Shown piece by piece: positions 9,858 through 19,628 of a DNA stretch of 64,000 nucleotides. Under the pieces are notes generated by a model that saw only the letters and a list, made by a program, of their open reading frames with translations, had not been told where the DNA came from and did no database searches. The stretch's first letter is position 1. Every line of letters begins with the position of its first letter. This DNA comes from an uncultured Bacteroidales bacterium (GTDB lineage: Bacteria; Bacteroidota; Bacteroidia; Bacteroidales; P3), in assembly GCA_944320465.1 (NCBI GenBank), contig CALUHO010000006.1:43870-107869 (forward strand), read 5' to 3'. The translations under genes and the position numbers were made by a program.

Positions 9858-10098
9858 CCGAAGATAGGATGCGTCCCGGCAGAGCTCAAGCAAGGGATTG
9901 GCTTGGCTCTGCGCTCGACTTTCGCTATCTTTGGCTGTCGCCGAAGACTAGGATGCGTCTCGGCAGAGCAAATCGTGCAAGCTCGTTTGCTCTGCGCTCG
10001 ACTTTCGCTATCTTTGGCTGTCGCCGAAGATAGGATGCGTCTCGGCAGAGCAAATCGTGCAAGCCCGTTTGCTCTGCGCTCGACTTTCGCTATCTTTG
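9858..10098 (+). repeat. Tandem array, about 2.9 x 83 bp; the two complete units each carry a hairpin plus a complete promoter motif
   Basis: CCGAAGA(T/C)TAGGATGCGTC recurs at 9858, 9941 and 10024. The units contain a GCAGAGCAAA...TTTGCTCTGC stem-loop. They also carry TTTG-19 nt-TATCTTTG (9986-10016 and 10068-10098) facing cca. Confidence 0.85.
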
Positions 10099-10175
10099 TA
10101 AACTCGAGGCAATGTCATGGAAAGCAAAAATCGAAAACCCGCCTTCCATGCACCTTTCGAACTTGATAATACAAA

Positions 10176-11627
10176 ATGAACCTGAAAGACAAACTTCTTC
10201 ATCCAATATTCCCGTTAATCCGGCATATCGCCGAGCGAGAAGCCATCCCCGTCTATGTGGTAGGCGGATATGTACGAGACTTGATAATCAACCGTCCGTC
10301 AAACGACATAGACTGCACTGTCATGGGCGACGGCATTTGCCTAGGACGCGAAACCTGCCAGGAAATAGGACTCAGGACAGGCTCTCCCCCCTCCTTGCAA
10401 GAGTTCAAGCAATTCGGCACATGCAAATTCCAATACGAGACCACAGAAATCGAATTTGTGGGCATGCGGAAGGAAACGTACACACAGGGATCGCGCAAAC
10501 CCCATGTAGAAGCAGGAACCCTGGAAGACGACCTGCACAGGAGAGATTTCAGTATCAATGCAATGGCGGTATCGCTAAATAAGGATGGCTATGGTGAGCT
10601 GATCGACCCCTTCAATGGGACAGAAGACTTGGAACGGCAAATAATCCGAAGCCATCGGGATCCCGACCAAAGTTTTGTTGAAGACCCTTTGCGCATGCTC
10701 CGGGCTATCCGTTTCGCATCACAGCTATATTTTGACATAGACCCGGACACTTTCGATGCAATTGTACACAATGCAAACGAAATCAAGAATTTGTCAACAG
10801 AACGCATCACGGAAGAATTGAACAAGCTGATTCTGTCGCCCAAGCCTTCCTACGGTTTCAAACTGCTGGATGCCGCCGGCTTGCTAAAGATGTTCTTCCC
10901 GGAACTGGTGGCACTCAAAGGTGTGGAAACCAGGAATGGAAAAGCCCACAAGGACAACTTCGAGCATACGTTGGAAGTCTTGGACCATGTGGCTTACGCC
11001 GGCGGCGGGCTTTGGCTTCGCTGGGCGGCGCTGCTGCACGATATAGCCAAACCGAAAACCAAACATTTCGAAGAGCCTAAAGGTTGGACATTCCATGCAC
11101 ACGAATACATAGGAGCCAAGATGGTACCGGGCATTTTCAAACGATTCAAACTGCCTCTTGACGACAATATGCGTTTTGTCCAGAAAATGGTCGAGCTGCA
11201 TTTGCGGCCCATCATCCTGGCTGAAGACATCGTGACCGATTCGGCTGTCCGCCGACTGCTTTTTGAAGCCGGAGACGACATAGGCAGCCTGATGATGCTG
11301 GCAAAAGCAGACATCACCTCCAAAAACAGGGAAAAAGTAGCGCGGTACCGCAATAACTTCATTGTTGTGGAACGCAAACTGAAAGAAATTGAAGAAAAGG
11401 ATCGAATCCGGAACTTCCAACCGCCTGTTTCGGGTCAGGATATCATGGAATACTTTGCTATCCCTCCCTGCCGGGAAGTAGGTCTGATCAAAGATCAACT
11501 CAAGGATGCAATCTTGGACGGAGTCATTGGCAATGACCGGCAAGAAGCTTGGGACATGATGCTCCGCTTGGGAGCAGAATTGGGGCTGAAAGCACCGGAA
11601 CCTACATTGAAAGCACCGGAAGCATGA
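10176..11627 (+). CDS. cca: CCA-adding tRNA nucleotidyltransferase / poly(A) polymerase family protein with HD domain
   Basis: N-terminal VYVVGGYVRDLII...NDIDC polymerase-beta motif, RDFSINAMA, and an HD region (LLHDIAKP). Confidence 0.85.
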   Translation: MNLKDKLLHPIFPLIRHIAEREAIPVYVVGGYVRDLIINRPSNDIDCTVMGDGICLGRETCQEIGLRTGSPPSLQEFKQFGTCKFQYETTEIEFVGMRKETYTQGSRKPHVEAGTLEDDLHRRDFSINAMAVSLNKDGYGELIDPFNGTEDLERQIIRSHRDPDQSFVEDPLRMLRAIRFASQLYFDIDPDTFDAIVHNANEIKNLSTERITEELNKLILSPKPSYGFKLLDAAGLLKMFFPELVALKGVETRNGKAHKDNFEHTLEVLDHVAYAGGGLWLRWAALLHDIAKPKTKHFEEPKGWTFHAHEYIGAKMVPGIFKRFKLPLDDNMRFVQKMVELHLRPIILAEDIVTDSAVRRLLFEAGDDIGSLMMLAKADITSKNREKVARYRNNFIVVERKLKEIEEKDRIRNFQPPVSGQDIMEYFAIPPCREVGLIKDQLKDAILDGVIGNDRQEAWDMMLRLGAELGLKAPEPTLKAPEA

Positions 11628-12484
11628 AGACATTGAAAGTCTTGGAAGGCCCGACAGCGGTCGGGAAAACGGCTCTGGCCATCGAATGGGCTTTGGCGCA
11701 CAAGACCGAAATCGTATCGGCAGACTCGCGGCAGTTCTACCGGGAACTCGACATCGGCGTGGCACGCCCCAGCCAGGAAGAACTGGCAAGCGTCCCACAT
11801 CATTTCATTGCCTGCAAAAGCATTGAAGAGTATTACAGCGTATCCCGGTACGAACAGGAGGCGATGGCCTTGCTGGAAGAACTGTTCAAGACACACGATG
11901 TAATAATTCTAACTGGAGGATCAGGACTGTATGTCAATGCCTTGTGCAATGGAATCGACGACCTTCCCGACCCGGCTCCGGAATTGCGCGAATCATTGAA
12001 GAAACAACTGGCCGAAGAAGGAATAGAGTCTTTACAACAAGATCTAAAAAAACTGGATCCAGTCTTTTACGAGCAAATTGACTTGTGCAATTCTGTCCGC
12101 TTGCGCCGGGCATTGGAAGTCTGCATCACCACCGGAAAACCGTTTTCATCCTTGCGGACGGCCCCACGGAAACAAAGGCCGTTCCGGATAGAACGCTATG
12201 CGCTGAACCGGCCCAAAGAAGATCTCCATGAAAGAATCAACCTACGGGTGGACTTGATGATGGAAGCCGGTCTCTTGGACGAAGCAAGGAAACTGCGGCC
12301 CAAAGCGGGACTGAACGCTCTCCAGACTGTCGGTTACCGGGAACTTTTTGAATATTTCGATGGCCGGATTCCTTTGGAACAAGCCATCACCGATATCAAG
12401 ACTCACACGCGCCGCTATGCAAAACGGCAGCTGACCTGGTTGCGCAAGCAAGACGGAATCCAATGGATTACCCCACCATCCTAA
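11624..12484 (+). CDS. miaA: tRNA dimethylallyltransferase MiaA
   Basis: MKTLKVLEGPTAVGKTALAIEWA P-loop, SADSRQFYRELDIGVARP and KRQLTWLRK. Its start ATG overlaps the cca stop (ATGA at 11624-11627). The track ORF starting at 11549 is an upstream extension. Confidence 0.9.
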   Translation: MKTLKVLEGPTAVGKTALAIEWALAHKTEIVSADSRQFYRELDIGVARPSQEELASVPHHFIACKSIEEYYSVSRYEQEAMALLEELFKTHDVIILTGGSGLYVNALCNGIDDLPDPAPELRESLKKQLAEEGIESLQQDLKKLDPVFYEQIDLCNSVRLRRALEVCITTGKPFSSLRTAPRKQRPFRIERYALNRPKEDLHERINLRVDLMMEAGLLDEARKLRPKAGLNALQTVGYRELFEYFDGRIPLEQAITDIKTHTRRYAKRQLTWLRKQDGIQWITPPS

Positions 12485-12492
12485 GCCTGAAA

Positions 12493-12867
12493 CTATCCAT
12501 TGCCCTTAGTATTCTTCAACAATAAGACATGAAGGCTGACCCCAATAGCAATAGACATCAGCAAAAACTGCAGCCAGATACGCCCGGAAAGAAAATAGAA
12601 GATGCAAAACAGCATCGAAGCCCATAACAAGACCAACGTATACACTTTGACCTTGGCAGGAACAGTCTTATCTTCCATGTAATCTTTTATATACCGCCCC
12701 AGCTTCCGATGGCGCATCAGCCAGTCATAGAGTTTTTGCGAAGAACGAAGCCATAGCCAGGCCGTTAAAAGAAGAAAAGGAGTTGTGGGGAGAATCGGGA
12801 CGAAAATGCCGATGATACCCAGAACCAGGCTCAGGCTTCCCGCCGCAATATAGAGATTCTTCTTCAC
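12493..12867 (-). CDS. YbaN/DUF454 family inner-membrane protein
   Basis: GIIGIFVPILPTTPFLLLTAW motif, about 124 aa, 3-4 TM segments. Confidence 0.75.
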   Translation of the reverse strand: MKKNLYIAAGSLSLVLGIIGIFVPILPTTPFLLLTAWLWLRSSQKLYDWLMRHRKLGRYIKDYMEDKTVPAKVKVYTLVLLWASMLFCIFYFLSGRIWLQFLLMSIAIGVSLHVLLLKNTKGNG

Positions 12868-13011
12868 GACTCCTTGTTTTCAGATACCTTGGCAAAGAAT
12901 AATCGGCATCGCATCCCATCATGGATTTGCTTGTCAGCCCAACGGAAACTTCCACGGCCAGCAGAATCACCATCGAGCAAACAGCAGGCTCAGTCCGGAC
13001 TGGCTGGGGCC

Positions 13012-14586
13012 TTAGTGCCTGAAATGGCGGATGCCGGTGAATACCATTGCCAAGTCATGGGCATCGCAGTATTCAATGGACAGATTGTCCCGTATCGAGC
13101 CGCCGGGCTGGATAAAGGCCTTGATGCCTGCCTGATGCGAGATTTCCACGCAGTCGGCAAAGGGGAAGTAGGCATCGGAAGCCACCACTGCCCCGTTCAG
13201 GTCGAATCCGAAATGGCGGGCTTTGGCAATGGCTTGCTGCAAGGCATCCACGCGGGAGGTCTGCCCTATTCCCGAAGCCAGCATCTGGCGGTTCTTGGCA
13301 ATGACAATCGCGTTCGATTTACTGTGCTTTACGATACGGTTGGCAAATAGCATATCGCGGATTTCCGCTTCGGTGGCCAGTTTCTTGGTAACCGGCTTGA
13401 GAATGTCTGCACTTTCGGCCACCGTGTCCCGGTCTTGGACAAGCACCCCGTTGAGGCAGGAACGGATTATCGGATCCCCCATCTTGAAATCGTGGTATTG
13501 CAGAAGGACACGGTTCTTCTTGCTTTCCAACAGCTTCAAGGCTTCATCATCATAGGCGGGAGCCAGCAGGACTTCGAGGAATATCTTGTTGATTTCCTCT
13601 GCTGTTTCCTTGTCAATGGACTGGTTCGAAATCAGCACTCCGCCGAACGCGGAAACCGGATCGGCCGCCAAAGCATCCCGATAGGCTTCGAACAGGCTCG
13701 GACGGACGGCCAAGCCGCAAGCGTTGTTGTGCTTCAGTATAGCGAAAGCCGGTTCGGCCCCGAAATCCTTCATCAAAGCCAAGGCCGAATCGATATCGAG
13801 CAGGTTGTTGTAAGAAATCTCCTTGCCGTGCAGCTGCTTGAAACATTTGTCGAGCGAACCGTAGAAAGCACCTTTCTGATGCGGGTTCTCGCCATAGCGC
13901 AAAGGAGTGGCATTGGCTGGAATCCCGCCTAATTTCGGGCTTTCATCGTTCTGTTCCTTCTTCGGCTTGGACTCATTGCTGACAGAAGCCATGCCGGGAA
14001 CAGTCATGCAGAAGTAACTACCTATGGCTGTGTCGTAAGCGGCACTCTTACGGAAAGCGTAAGCGGCAAAACGGCGGCGTTCTTCCAAAGTAGTAGAACA
14101 GGATTTGGCAATAATAGCTGCAGCTTCCGCATAATGCTCCTTGGATGGCACAATCAGCACATCGTTGAAATTCTTGGCCCCGGCCCTAATCAAGGAAATC
14201 CCGCCTATGTCTATCTTCTCGATGATTTCGGCATCCGATGCCCCGGATGCAAGAGTCTCCTCAAAAGGATACAAGTCCACGACTACCATGTCGATTTCCG
14301 GAATCTTGTATTTCTGCATCGTAAGCCTGTCTTCCTCTAATTCGCGCCTGCCTAGGATGCCGCCCATCACGCCCGGATGCAGCGTTTTGACCCGACCGCC
14401 AAGAATGGACGGATACCCCGTAACCGATTCTACGGTTTCCACATCCAGTCCTTGTTGCTTCAGGAACTCATAAGTACCTCCTGTAGAGTAGATTTTAACA
14501 TGATTGGCCTTCAACACCTGAAGGATTTGCCCCAGTCCGTCCTTGTGATAGACCGAAATCAAAGCCGATTTGATAGTTTTTTCCAT
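13012..14586 (-). CDS. purH: Bifunctional AICAR formyltransferase / IMP cyclohydrolase PurH
   Basis: MEKTIKSALISVYHKDGL...GGRVKTLHP...IDIGGISLIRAGAKN...QPGGSIRD. I placed the start at Met33 of the track ORF, matching the conserved N-terminus. Confidence 0.9.
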   Translation of the reverse strand: MEKTIKSALISVYHKDGLGQILQVLKANHVKIYSTGGTYEFLKQQGLDVETVESVTGYPSILGGRVKTLHPGVMGGILGRRELEEDRLTMQKYKIPEIDMVVVDLYPFEETLASGASDAEIIEKIDIGGISLIRAGAKNFNDVLIVPSKEHYAEAAAIIAKSCSTTLEERRRFAAYAFRKSAAYDTAIGSYFCMTVPGMASVSNESKPKKEQNDESPKLGGIPANATPLRYGENPHQKGAFYGSLDKCFKQLHGKEISYNNLLDIDSALALMKDFGAEPAFAILKHNNACGLAVRPSLFEAYRDALAADPVSAFGGVLISNQSIDKETAEEINKIFLEVLLAPAYDDEALKLLESKKNRVLLQYHDFKMGDPIIRSCLNGVLVQDRDTVAESADILKPVTKKLATEAEIRDMLFANRIVKHSKSNAIVIAKNRQMLASGIGQTSRVDALQQAIAKARHFGFDLNGAVVASDAYFPFADCVEISHQAGIKAFIQPGGSIRDNLSIEYCDAHDLAMVFTGIRHFRH

Positions 14587-14793
14587 ATTCCACATTTCTA
14601 TACGACAGCAAGCCTGACGCAATAATCCATAAAAATGCCCGCACTCCGTACTTGAAGCATCTTCGCTGGCAAAAGTACGCAAAAGCTTTTACTTTTGCAT
14701 GGTGACCGTGCGAATAGGTGCACCGTTTCCCTCGCCATGCAGAAAGTTACATCCAATGCCAAGTGGAACACCTTCCTACATGCAACAGAATGA

Positions 14794-15840
14794 TTGAAAG
14801 ATATGGAATACGAAGTAGAAACAGCCATCGTGATCCTCAACTGGAATGGCCGAAACTTTTTGGAAAAATTCCTTCCCAAGCTCATTGAATGCACGTCAGG
14901 GCCGGATACCGAGATTATCGTAGCAGATAACCATTCAAGCGATGACTCAATGGAGTTCATGCGCCGGACATATCCTAATATCCGCCTTATTATCAATTCC
15001 GAGAATTGGGGGTTTGCCAAAGGTTACAATGTGGCGCTCCGGCAAATCAAAGCACGTTTCTTTGTCCTGCTCAATTCGGATATCGAAGTCAGCCCCGGCT
15101 GGGTAGAACCGATCATTGCCAAGATGAAGGGAAACCCCATGGTTGCGGCCGCTCAGCCCAAGCTCCTTTCATACACACAGAAAGGACAATTTGAATATGC
15201 CGGAGCCGCAGGGGGGTTCATCGATTACTTAGGGTACCCTTTCTGCCGTGGACGAGTGTTTGAACAAGTAGAAACCGATCAAGGGCAATACGACTCGGAT
15301 TGCGAAGTATTCTGGGCCACAGGCGCAGCCTTGTTCGTCCGGGCCGACCTTTATCTGGAGCATGGCGGTTTAGATGATGATTTCTTTGCCCACATGGAAG
15401 AAATAGACTTTTGCTGGCGAATGAAAAATCTGGGGTACAAGATTATGTGCTACCCAGAGTCGGTCGTTTACCATATTGGCGGCGGGACTTTGCCCAAAAA
15501 CTCCCCTCGCAAAACTTATCTGAACTTCCGGAACAATATGGCACTTCTATATAAGAACCTTCCGGACAGAACACTGAAATCAGTCATGCGAAAACGCAAA
15601 TGGCTGGATTTGCTTGCTGCATTGATGTTCCTGACCAAAGGGCAACGAAAAGATGCCAAAGCCGTTTTCCAAGCCCGCCGTGACTTCAAATCTTGGAAAG
15701 CGAGCTTGGAGCAGAAACGGAAACAGATTCCCCATCCTGCACATTTGAGCGGCCTATACCGCAAAAGCCTCGTGCTATCGCATTACCTGCATGGCGTGAA
15801 GCAGTTCTCCCAACTCGACTCCCGATATCTCGAGAAATAG
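14794..15840 (+). CDS. Family 2 glycosyltransferase
   Basis: AIVILNWNG...IIVADNHSSDDS...GFAKGYN...LLNSDIEV (DxD-type GT-A signature). Confidence 0.8.
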   Translation: MKDMEYEVETAIVILNWNGRNFLEKFLPKLIECTSGPDTEIIVADNHSSDDSMEFMRRTYPNIRLIINSENWGFAKGYNVALRQIKARFFVLLNSDIEVSPGWVEPIIAKMKGNPMVAAAQPKLLSYTQKGQFEYAGAAGGFIDYLGYPFCRGRVFEQVETDQGQYDSDCEVFWATGAALFVRADLYLEHGGLDDDFFAHMEEIDFCWRMKNLGYKIMCYPESVVYHIGGGTLPKNSPRKTYLNFRNNMALLYKNLPDRTLKSVMRKRKWLDLLAALMFLTKGQRKDAKAVFQARRDFKSWKASLEQKRKQIPHPAHLSGLYRKSLVLSHYLHGVKQFSQLDSRYLEK

Positions 15841-15862
15841 AACAAACTCCTGCCGCCCCATT

Positions 15863-17608
15863 CTACCAAACAAACACCTGCGGGAAAACCGAGGTATCGA
15901 CGGACTTAGGAATCCTGCCTAACAGGAAATAAGCCTTTCCATTGTATTCCACATAGTCTGCTGCACGGAAAGGAGATGTGGCAGGAAGGTCTTCTACCGC
16001 CAGGCAAACAGCTGGAATTGCATAATCCGGATACAGCAAGAGTACTGTCGGAATATCAAATATCCGATTGGCAATCTGGCAGAACAGTACCGAACGATCC
16101 CAGATATCACCCGCCCCTTTTTTCCAGAACATCAAATCAGGATAAAGGTAATGCCCTGTAAGCCGGGATGAACGTTTGGACTGATAACTCAGGCTCTGTT
16201 CTATGAATGATGACAATTGCAAGACCCGCATTTGCTGCTTTTCAGCATTGGATATTTCCTGCCGCAAGTCTGACTCCTGCTTTCTCTGGATCATACTGTC
16301 AAAAGCAGGTTTGAGCCTATATGAAAACGTCTTTTCCATCAGATTGCTAAATGGTTCATCCAAATAAATACCCATTGGTCCGGCCGGTAAGGAAAATTCC
16401 ATCTCTGCAAGGCGTTCGTTATACACGTAGCCTTCAAACATACCATATAATGGATCCATACCGAATCCGGCAGGATCAATCTGAATGGACAACGGATGCG
16501 TAGCAGAGGCAAAGGCTTTGGAATAAGTTTGGACAACAGATTCCTTCATGTCTTTGGTCCTGAGCTGCACATCGACCAAGTAATACGGATTATCCCCTAT
16601 CAGAATATAAGGCATTCCGTAGACTTCTTCCCAAACGGGAAGCAAAATGACCGGCGTAAGCTTCTTCTCGGTCTGCAATTTACCCAACCTAGCATCGTAG
16701 CCTGTCTGATTGAGGATAAATACCGTGAAAGCCAAAGACTCTCCATGCTTGCCTTTGGCAAACATCACATCAGCAAAAGCCCGCACTAATTGATAATACT
16801 GGTAATCGTTCAGCTTCAATTCCTCTTTATATTGGTAAAGCTGGGCAATCACGGCGGCATGATTCTCATCTGCAAGATACTGCCAGAACTTGGCAATCTG
16901 CTTCTCCTTGGATTTTCCCAGACCGATTGCCTTTATCGAAGGTTCATAGACCAGTTTCAGTGTTTGGCCGAAAAATTTAATCTCGGAGAATTGCTGTTTA
17001 GATATCATTTGGGAAACAGCATCCGTCCCTGCTCCAGAATAATAGGTTTCAGGAACTGGCGACTGGATTTTCCCATAAGGTTTGATGACAGACAAATAAC
17101 GGATTGCCTTGCCACGCGCTGTATCCGAAGATGGTTTTGTTCTATTGGTGAAAAAACGTCCTTCCTCATATTCAGGCCGCTGATTCATTTGGAGAGTATA
17201 CGCCCCCCATGATGAAGGATTCCGCAGCATATCTGCAAATAGCTGATTGTTCTGACGTTGGATATCAGCATAGTCCCCTGTGGCGTTCACTTTGATGTTT
17301 TCATTGAACCAGCTCCCCAACCCTTCTTTCAAACCTTGGAAACTTTCCTTCAAAGCTTGACCTGCCTGCTGGAACTCTTCCTTGATAAATTCTCCTTTAT
17401 CATCGCCGGCTTCTACCTTAAGCTCCATTCCCGAAGAATCCGCCAAAGCTATGGAATCTGCCGCAAGTGTGTCCCTGAGTGCCACCGTACCCGTCTGCGG
17501 TATTATTGCCAGATTCGATTCTTGCAAGAATCCATCTTCGCGTCCCATACCTTGCGAAATGAGACCACTTGTGAACAAAAGCGCGGTAATCCAGAGAGTC
17601 TTCTTCAT
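15863..17608 (-). CDS. Secreted hypothetical protein (about 580 aa)
   Basis: A long ORF with a signal peptide, MKKTLWITALLFTSGLISQG, at the internal Met. I recognise no family. Codon usage looks native. Confidence 0.6.
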   Translation of the reverse strand: MKKTLWITALLFTSGLISQGMGREDGFLQESNLAIIPQTGTVALRDTLAADSIALADSSGMELKVEAGDDKGEFIKEEFQQAGQALKESFQGLKEGLGSWFNENIKVNATGDYADIQRQNNQLFADMLRNPSSWGAYTLQMNQRPEYEEGRFFTNRTKPSSDTARGKAIRYLSVIKPYGKIQSPVPETYYSGAGTDAVSQMISKQQFSEIKFFGQTLKLVYEPSIKAIGLGKSKEKQIAKFWQYLADENHAAVIAQLYQYKEELKLNDYQYYQLVRAFADVMFAKGKHGESLAFTVFILNQTGYDARLGKLQTEKKLTPVILLPVWEEVYGMPYILIGDNPYYLVDVQLRTKDMKESVVQTYSKAFASATHPLSIQIDPAGFGMDPLYGMFEGYVYNERLAEMEFSLPAGPMGIYLDEPFSNLMEKTFSYRLKPAFDSMIQRKQESDLRQEISNAEKQQMRVLQLSSFIEQSLSYQSKRSSRLTGHYLYPDLMFWKKGAGDIWDRSVLFCQIANRIFDIPTVLLLYPDYAIPAVCLAVEDLPATSPFRAADYVEYNGKAYFLLGRIPKSVDTSVFPQVFVW

Positions 17609-17775
17609 GATTTCTTGTCTTTCAATATTGTCATACCCTTTTATGGACACAAAAGGCCGTACTAAAAAAAACAAATGTACGAAAAGAAAAACTATACCCG
17701 AATATTCCATAAAATTTTCTCAAATTTGGAATTATCATGTAACTTTGTCTGATTTTGTATCAGCCAAAATTTATC

Positions 17776-17931
17776 ATGGCCATGATGAACAGCAAAAGAA
17801 AGACCCGTTTAGGAATAACCGCATTGATCTTTTTCCTATTCAGCGCAATCCTTATTACGTCCTGTTCCAACACCAGAAGGCTTTGCCCTGCGTACAAGAC
17901 ACCCTACAAGGTCGAACCTATGCCCTATTAG
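17776..17931 (+). CDS. Possible small lipoprotein (51 aa, below the ORF-track cutoff)
   Basis: ATG at 17776 reads MAMMNSKRKTRLGITALIFFLFSAILITSCSNTRRLCPAYKTPYKVEPMPY*. It has a positively charged N-region, a hydrophobic core and an ITSC lipobox. It ends 10 nt before the next ORF. Confidence 0.4.
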   Translation: MAMMNSKRKTRLGITALIFFLFSAILITSCSNTRRLCPAYKTPYKVEPMPY

Positions 17932-17941
17932 CAGTTTGTAA

Positions 17942-18769
17942 ATGAATACGCGTCCTCTCCATACAATCTTCCATCCCGGAATCCAGACTCCTTCTTGGAT
18001 TCGGAAAACATGCAAAGCCCTGATTTTCTCACTTATAGGATATTGTGGATTGAAAGGGACCCTTGCTGCCCAAGTGGTGGTTTACGAAGATTTCGTACCG
18101 CCGATGGAAGCCATTTACATGAAGGAACGCTTTTTTTACGCGCAGATTCATACGGCAGGCTTTACACTGGGATACGAACAAGGCCATCTGAACGGAAGAT
18201 TCAATTATTCAGGCTGGAACATTGAATTTTCGACCCAGCTCAATCCTAAAGCCAAAGGTGTTAATTGGTACGGCAGCGGCCGACGTTACAAGTTCGGGAT
18301 GCTGAACAGTTTCTGCATGCTTCGTGCCGGTTACGGAGGATTATGGGTCTTGAACGAAAAACCGTACTGGGGAGGAGTCCAGATTTCAGTCAGCTACAGG
18401 GGCGGTTTTTCGCTCGGCTTCGCTTTTCCACAATACATCAATGTTTTATACGACACAGCCGGGCAAGATGTACGTTTAGAAAAAATGGATCCGGAGAATC
18501 CTCGGCACAAAGACATAGCTTATATCCTAGGACGAGGCCCAGTATTGAAAGGATTATCAGGAATGCGGCCCTATCCTGGCATTTATGCAAAAGCGGGGAT
18601 GAATTTTGAGTTCGGGAAATCTCAAGAAAAGAGCCATACAATTGGTATCGGAATCATTTATGACTGTTATTTCACCCGGATTCCCTTGATGATGGATCAG
18701 AAAAATCCATTTGGATTCCTGAATTTTTACATAGAGTACAAATTTGGCAAACGATACGGACTCCGATAA
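17942..18769 (+). CDS. Hypothetical protein, possibly outer-membrane beta-barrel-like
   Basis: An N-terminal hydrophobic segment, alternating aromatic/glycine-rich strands and a C-terminal aromatic-rich end (YIEYKFGKRYGLR). No recognised family. Confidence 0.5.
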   Translation: MNTRPLHTIFHPGIQTPSWIRKTCKALIFSLIGYCGLKGTLAAQVVVYEDFVPPMEAIYMKERFFYAQIHTAGFTLGYEQGHLNGRFNYSGWNIEFSTQLNPKAKGVNWYGSGRRYKFGMLNSFCMLRAGYGGLWVLNEKPYWGGVQISVSYRGGFSLGFAFPQYINVLYDTAGQDVRLEKMDPENPRHKDIAYILGRGPVLKGLSGMRPYPGIYAKAGMNFEFGKSQEKSHTIGIGIIYDCYFTRIPLMMDQKNPFGFLNFYIEYKFGKRYGLR

Positions 18770-18829
18770 GGGAACTTGCATCCAGAGGAAGAGAAAAGAT
18801 ACGGCAAGTCCGTTCCGAAAAATAGAACA

Positions 18830-19522
18830 ATGGAAATCAATCCTAAAATTGAAGCTGGATGGTTGCAAGCAATGCAAGAAGAATTCCGCAAGCCTTATTT
18901 TGCCCAGCTCAAGGCGTTTCTGATAGAAGAAAAGCGGCAATATCCGGTTTATCCACCGGGAAGCTTGATTTTTAATGCTTTCAATAGCACTCCTTTTGAT
19001 AAAGTCAAAGTCGTCATCATCGGCCAGGATCCGTACCATGAACCTGGCCAAGCAGAGGGACTTTGCTTCTCAGTACCTGATGGATGCCCTTTTCCTCCAT
19101 CGCTGATTAATATTCTCAAGGAATTGCAATCCGATTTGGGTTGTCCTTTTCCCCGGAGCGGGCATTTGGGCAAATGGACGGCGCAAGGGGTATTGCTGCT
19201 TAATGCGACATTGACCGTAAGAGCTCATCAAGCCGGATCCCATCAGCGGCATGGCTGGGAAACGTTCACTGATGCGGCAATCCAGGCTTTGTCACAACAC
19301 AAGACAGGTCTCGTCTTCCTGCTGTGGGGGAATTATGCTCAAGCCAAAAGCTCTTTGATTGATACGAGCAAACACCATATACTCAAGACTGTTCACCCCT
19401 CTCCTCTTTCGGCGCATCGAGGATTTTTCGGATGCCGGCATTTTTCTCAGGCCAACCGGATTCTGGTTTCAGAAGGCCTTGATCCGATAGACTGGGATTT
19501 GTCCACTCCATTGAAGATGTAG
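18830..19522 (+). CDS. ung: Uracil-DNA glycosylase (family 1)
   Basis: VKVVIIGQDPYH, GLCFSV, GVLLLNATLTV and HPSPLSA motifs. The start is set at MEINPKIEAGW. Confidence 0.9.
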   Translation: MEINPKIEAGWLQAMQEEFRKPYFAQLKAFLIEEKRQYPVYPPGSLIFNAFNSTPFDKVKVVIIGQDPYHEPGQAEGLCFSVPDGCPFPPSLINILKELQSDLGCPFPRSGHLGKWTAQGVLLLNATLTVRAHQAGSHQRHGWETFTDAAIQALSQHKTGLVFLLWGNYAQAKSSLIDTSKHHILKTVHPSPLSAHRGFFGCRHFSQANRILVSEGLDPIDWDLSTPLKM

Positions 19523-19628
19523 CTTTTCCCTATTTACATTGGGGATGAACAGGAGATTAACTTTGAAAGAGCCGCATTTATGGAGGAAGCAGATTTATAA
19601 AAAATAGAAAACGACCAAAACCAATGTC

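Noticed and set aside
9858-10098. Possible CRISPR array (also considered for 58165-58560 and 35610-36680)
   Set aside because: The units abut each other with no unique spacers, the unit sizes (83, about 190 and 63 bp) are wrong, and no cas genes are present in the window.
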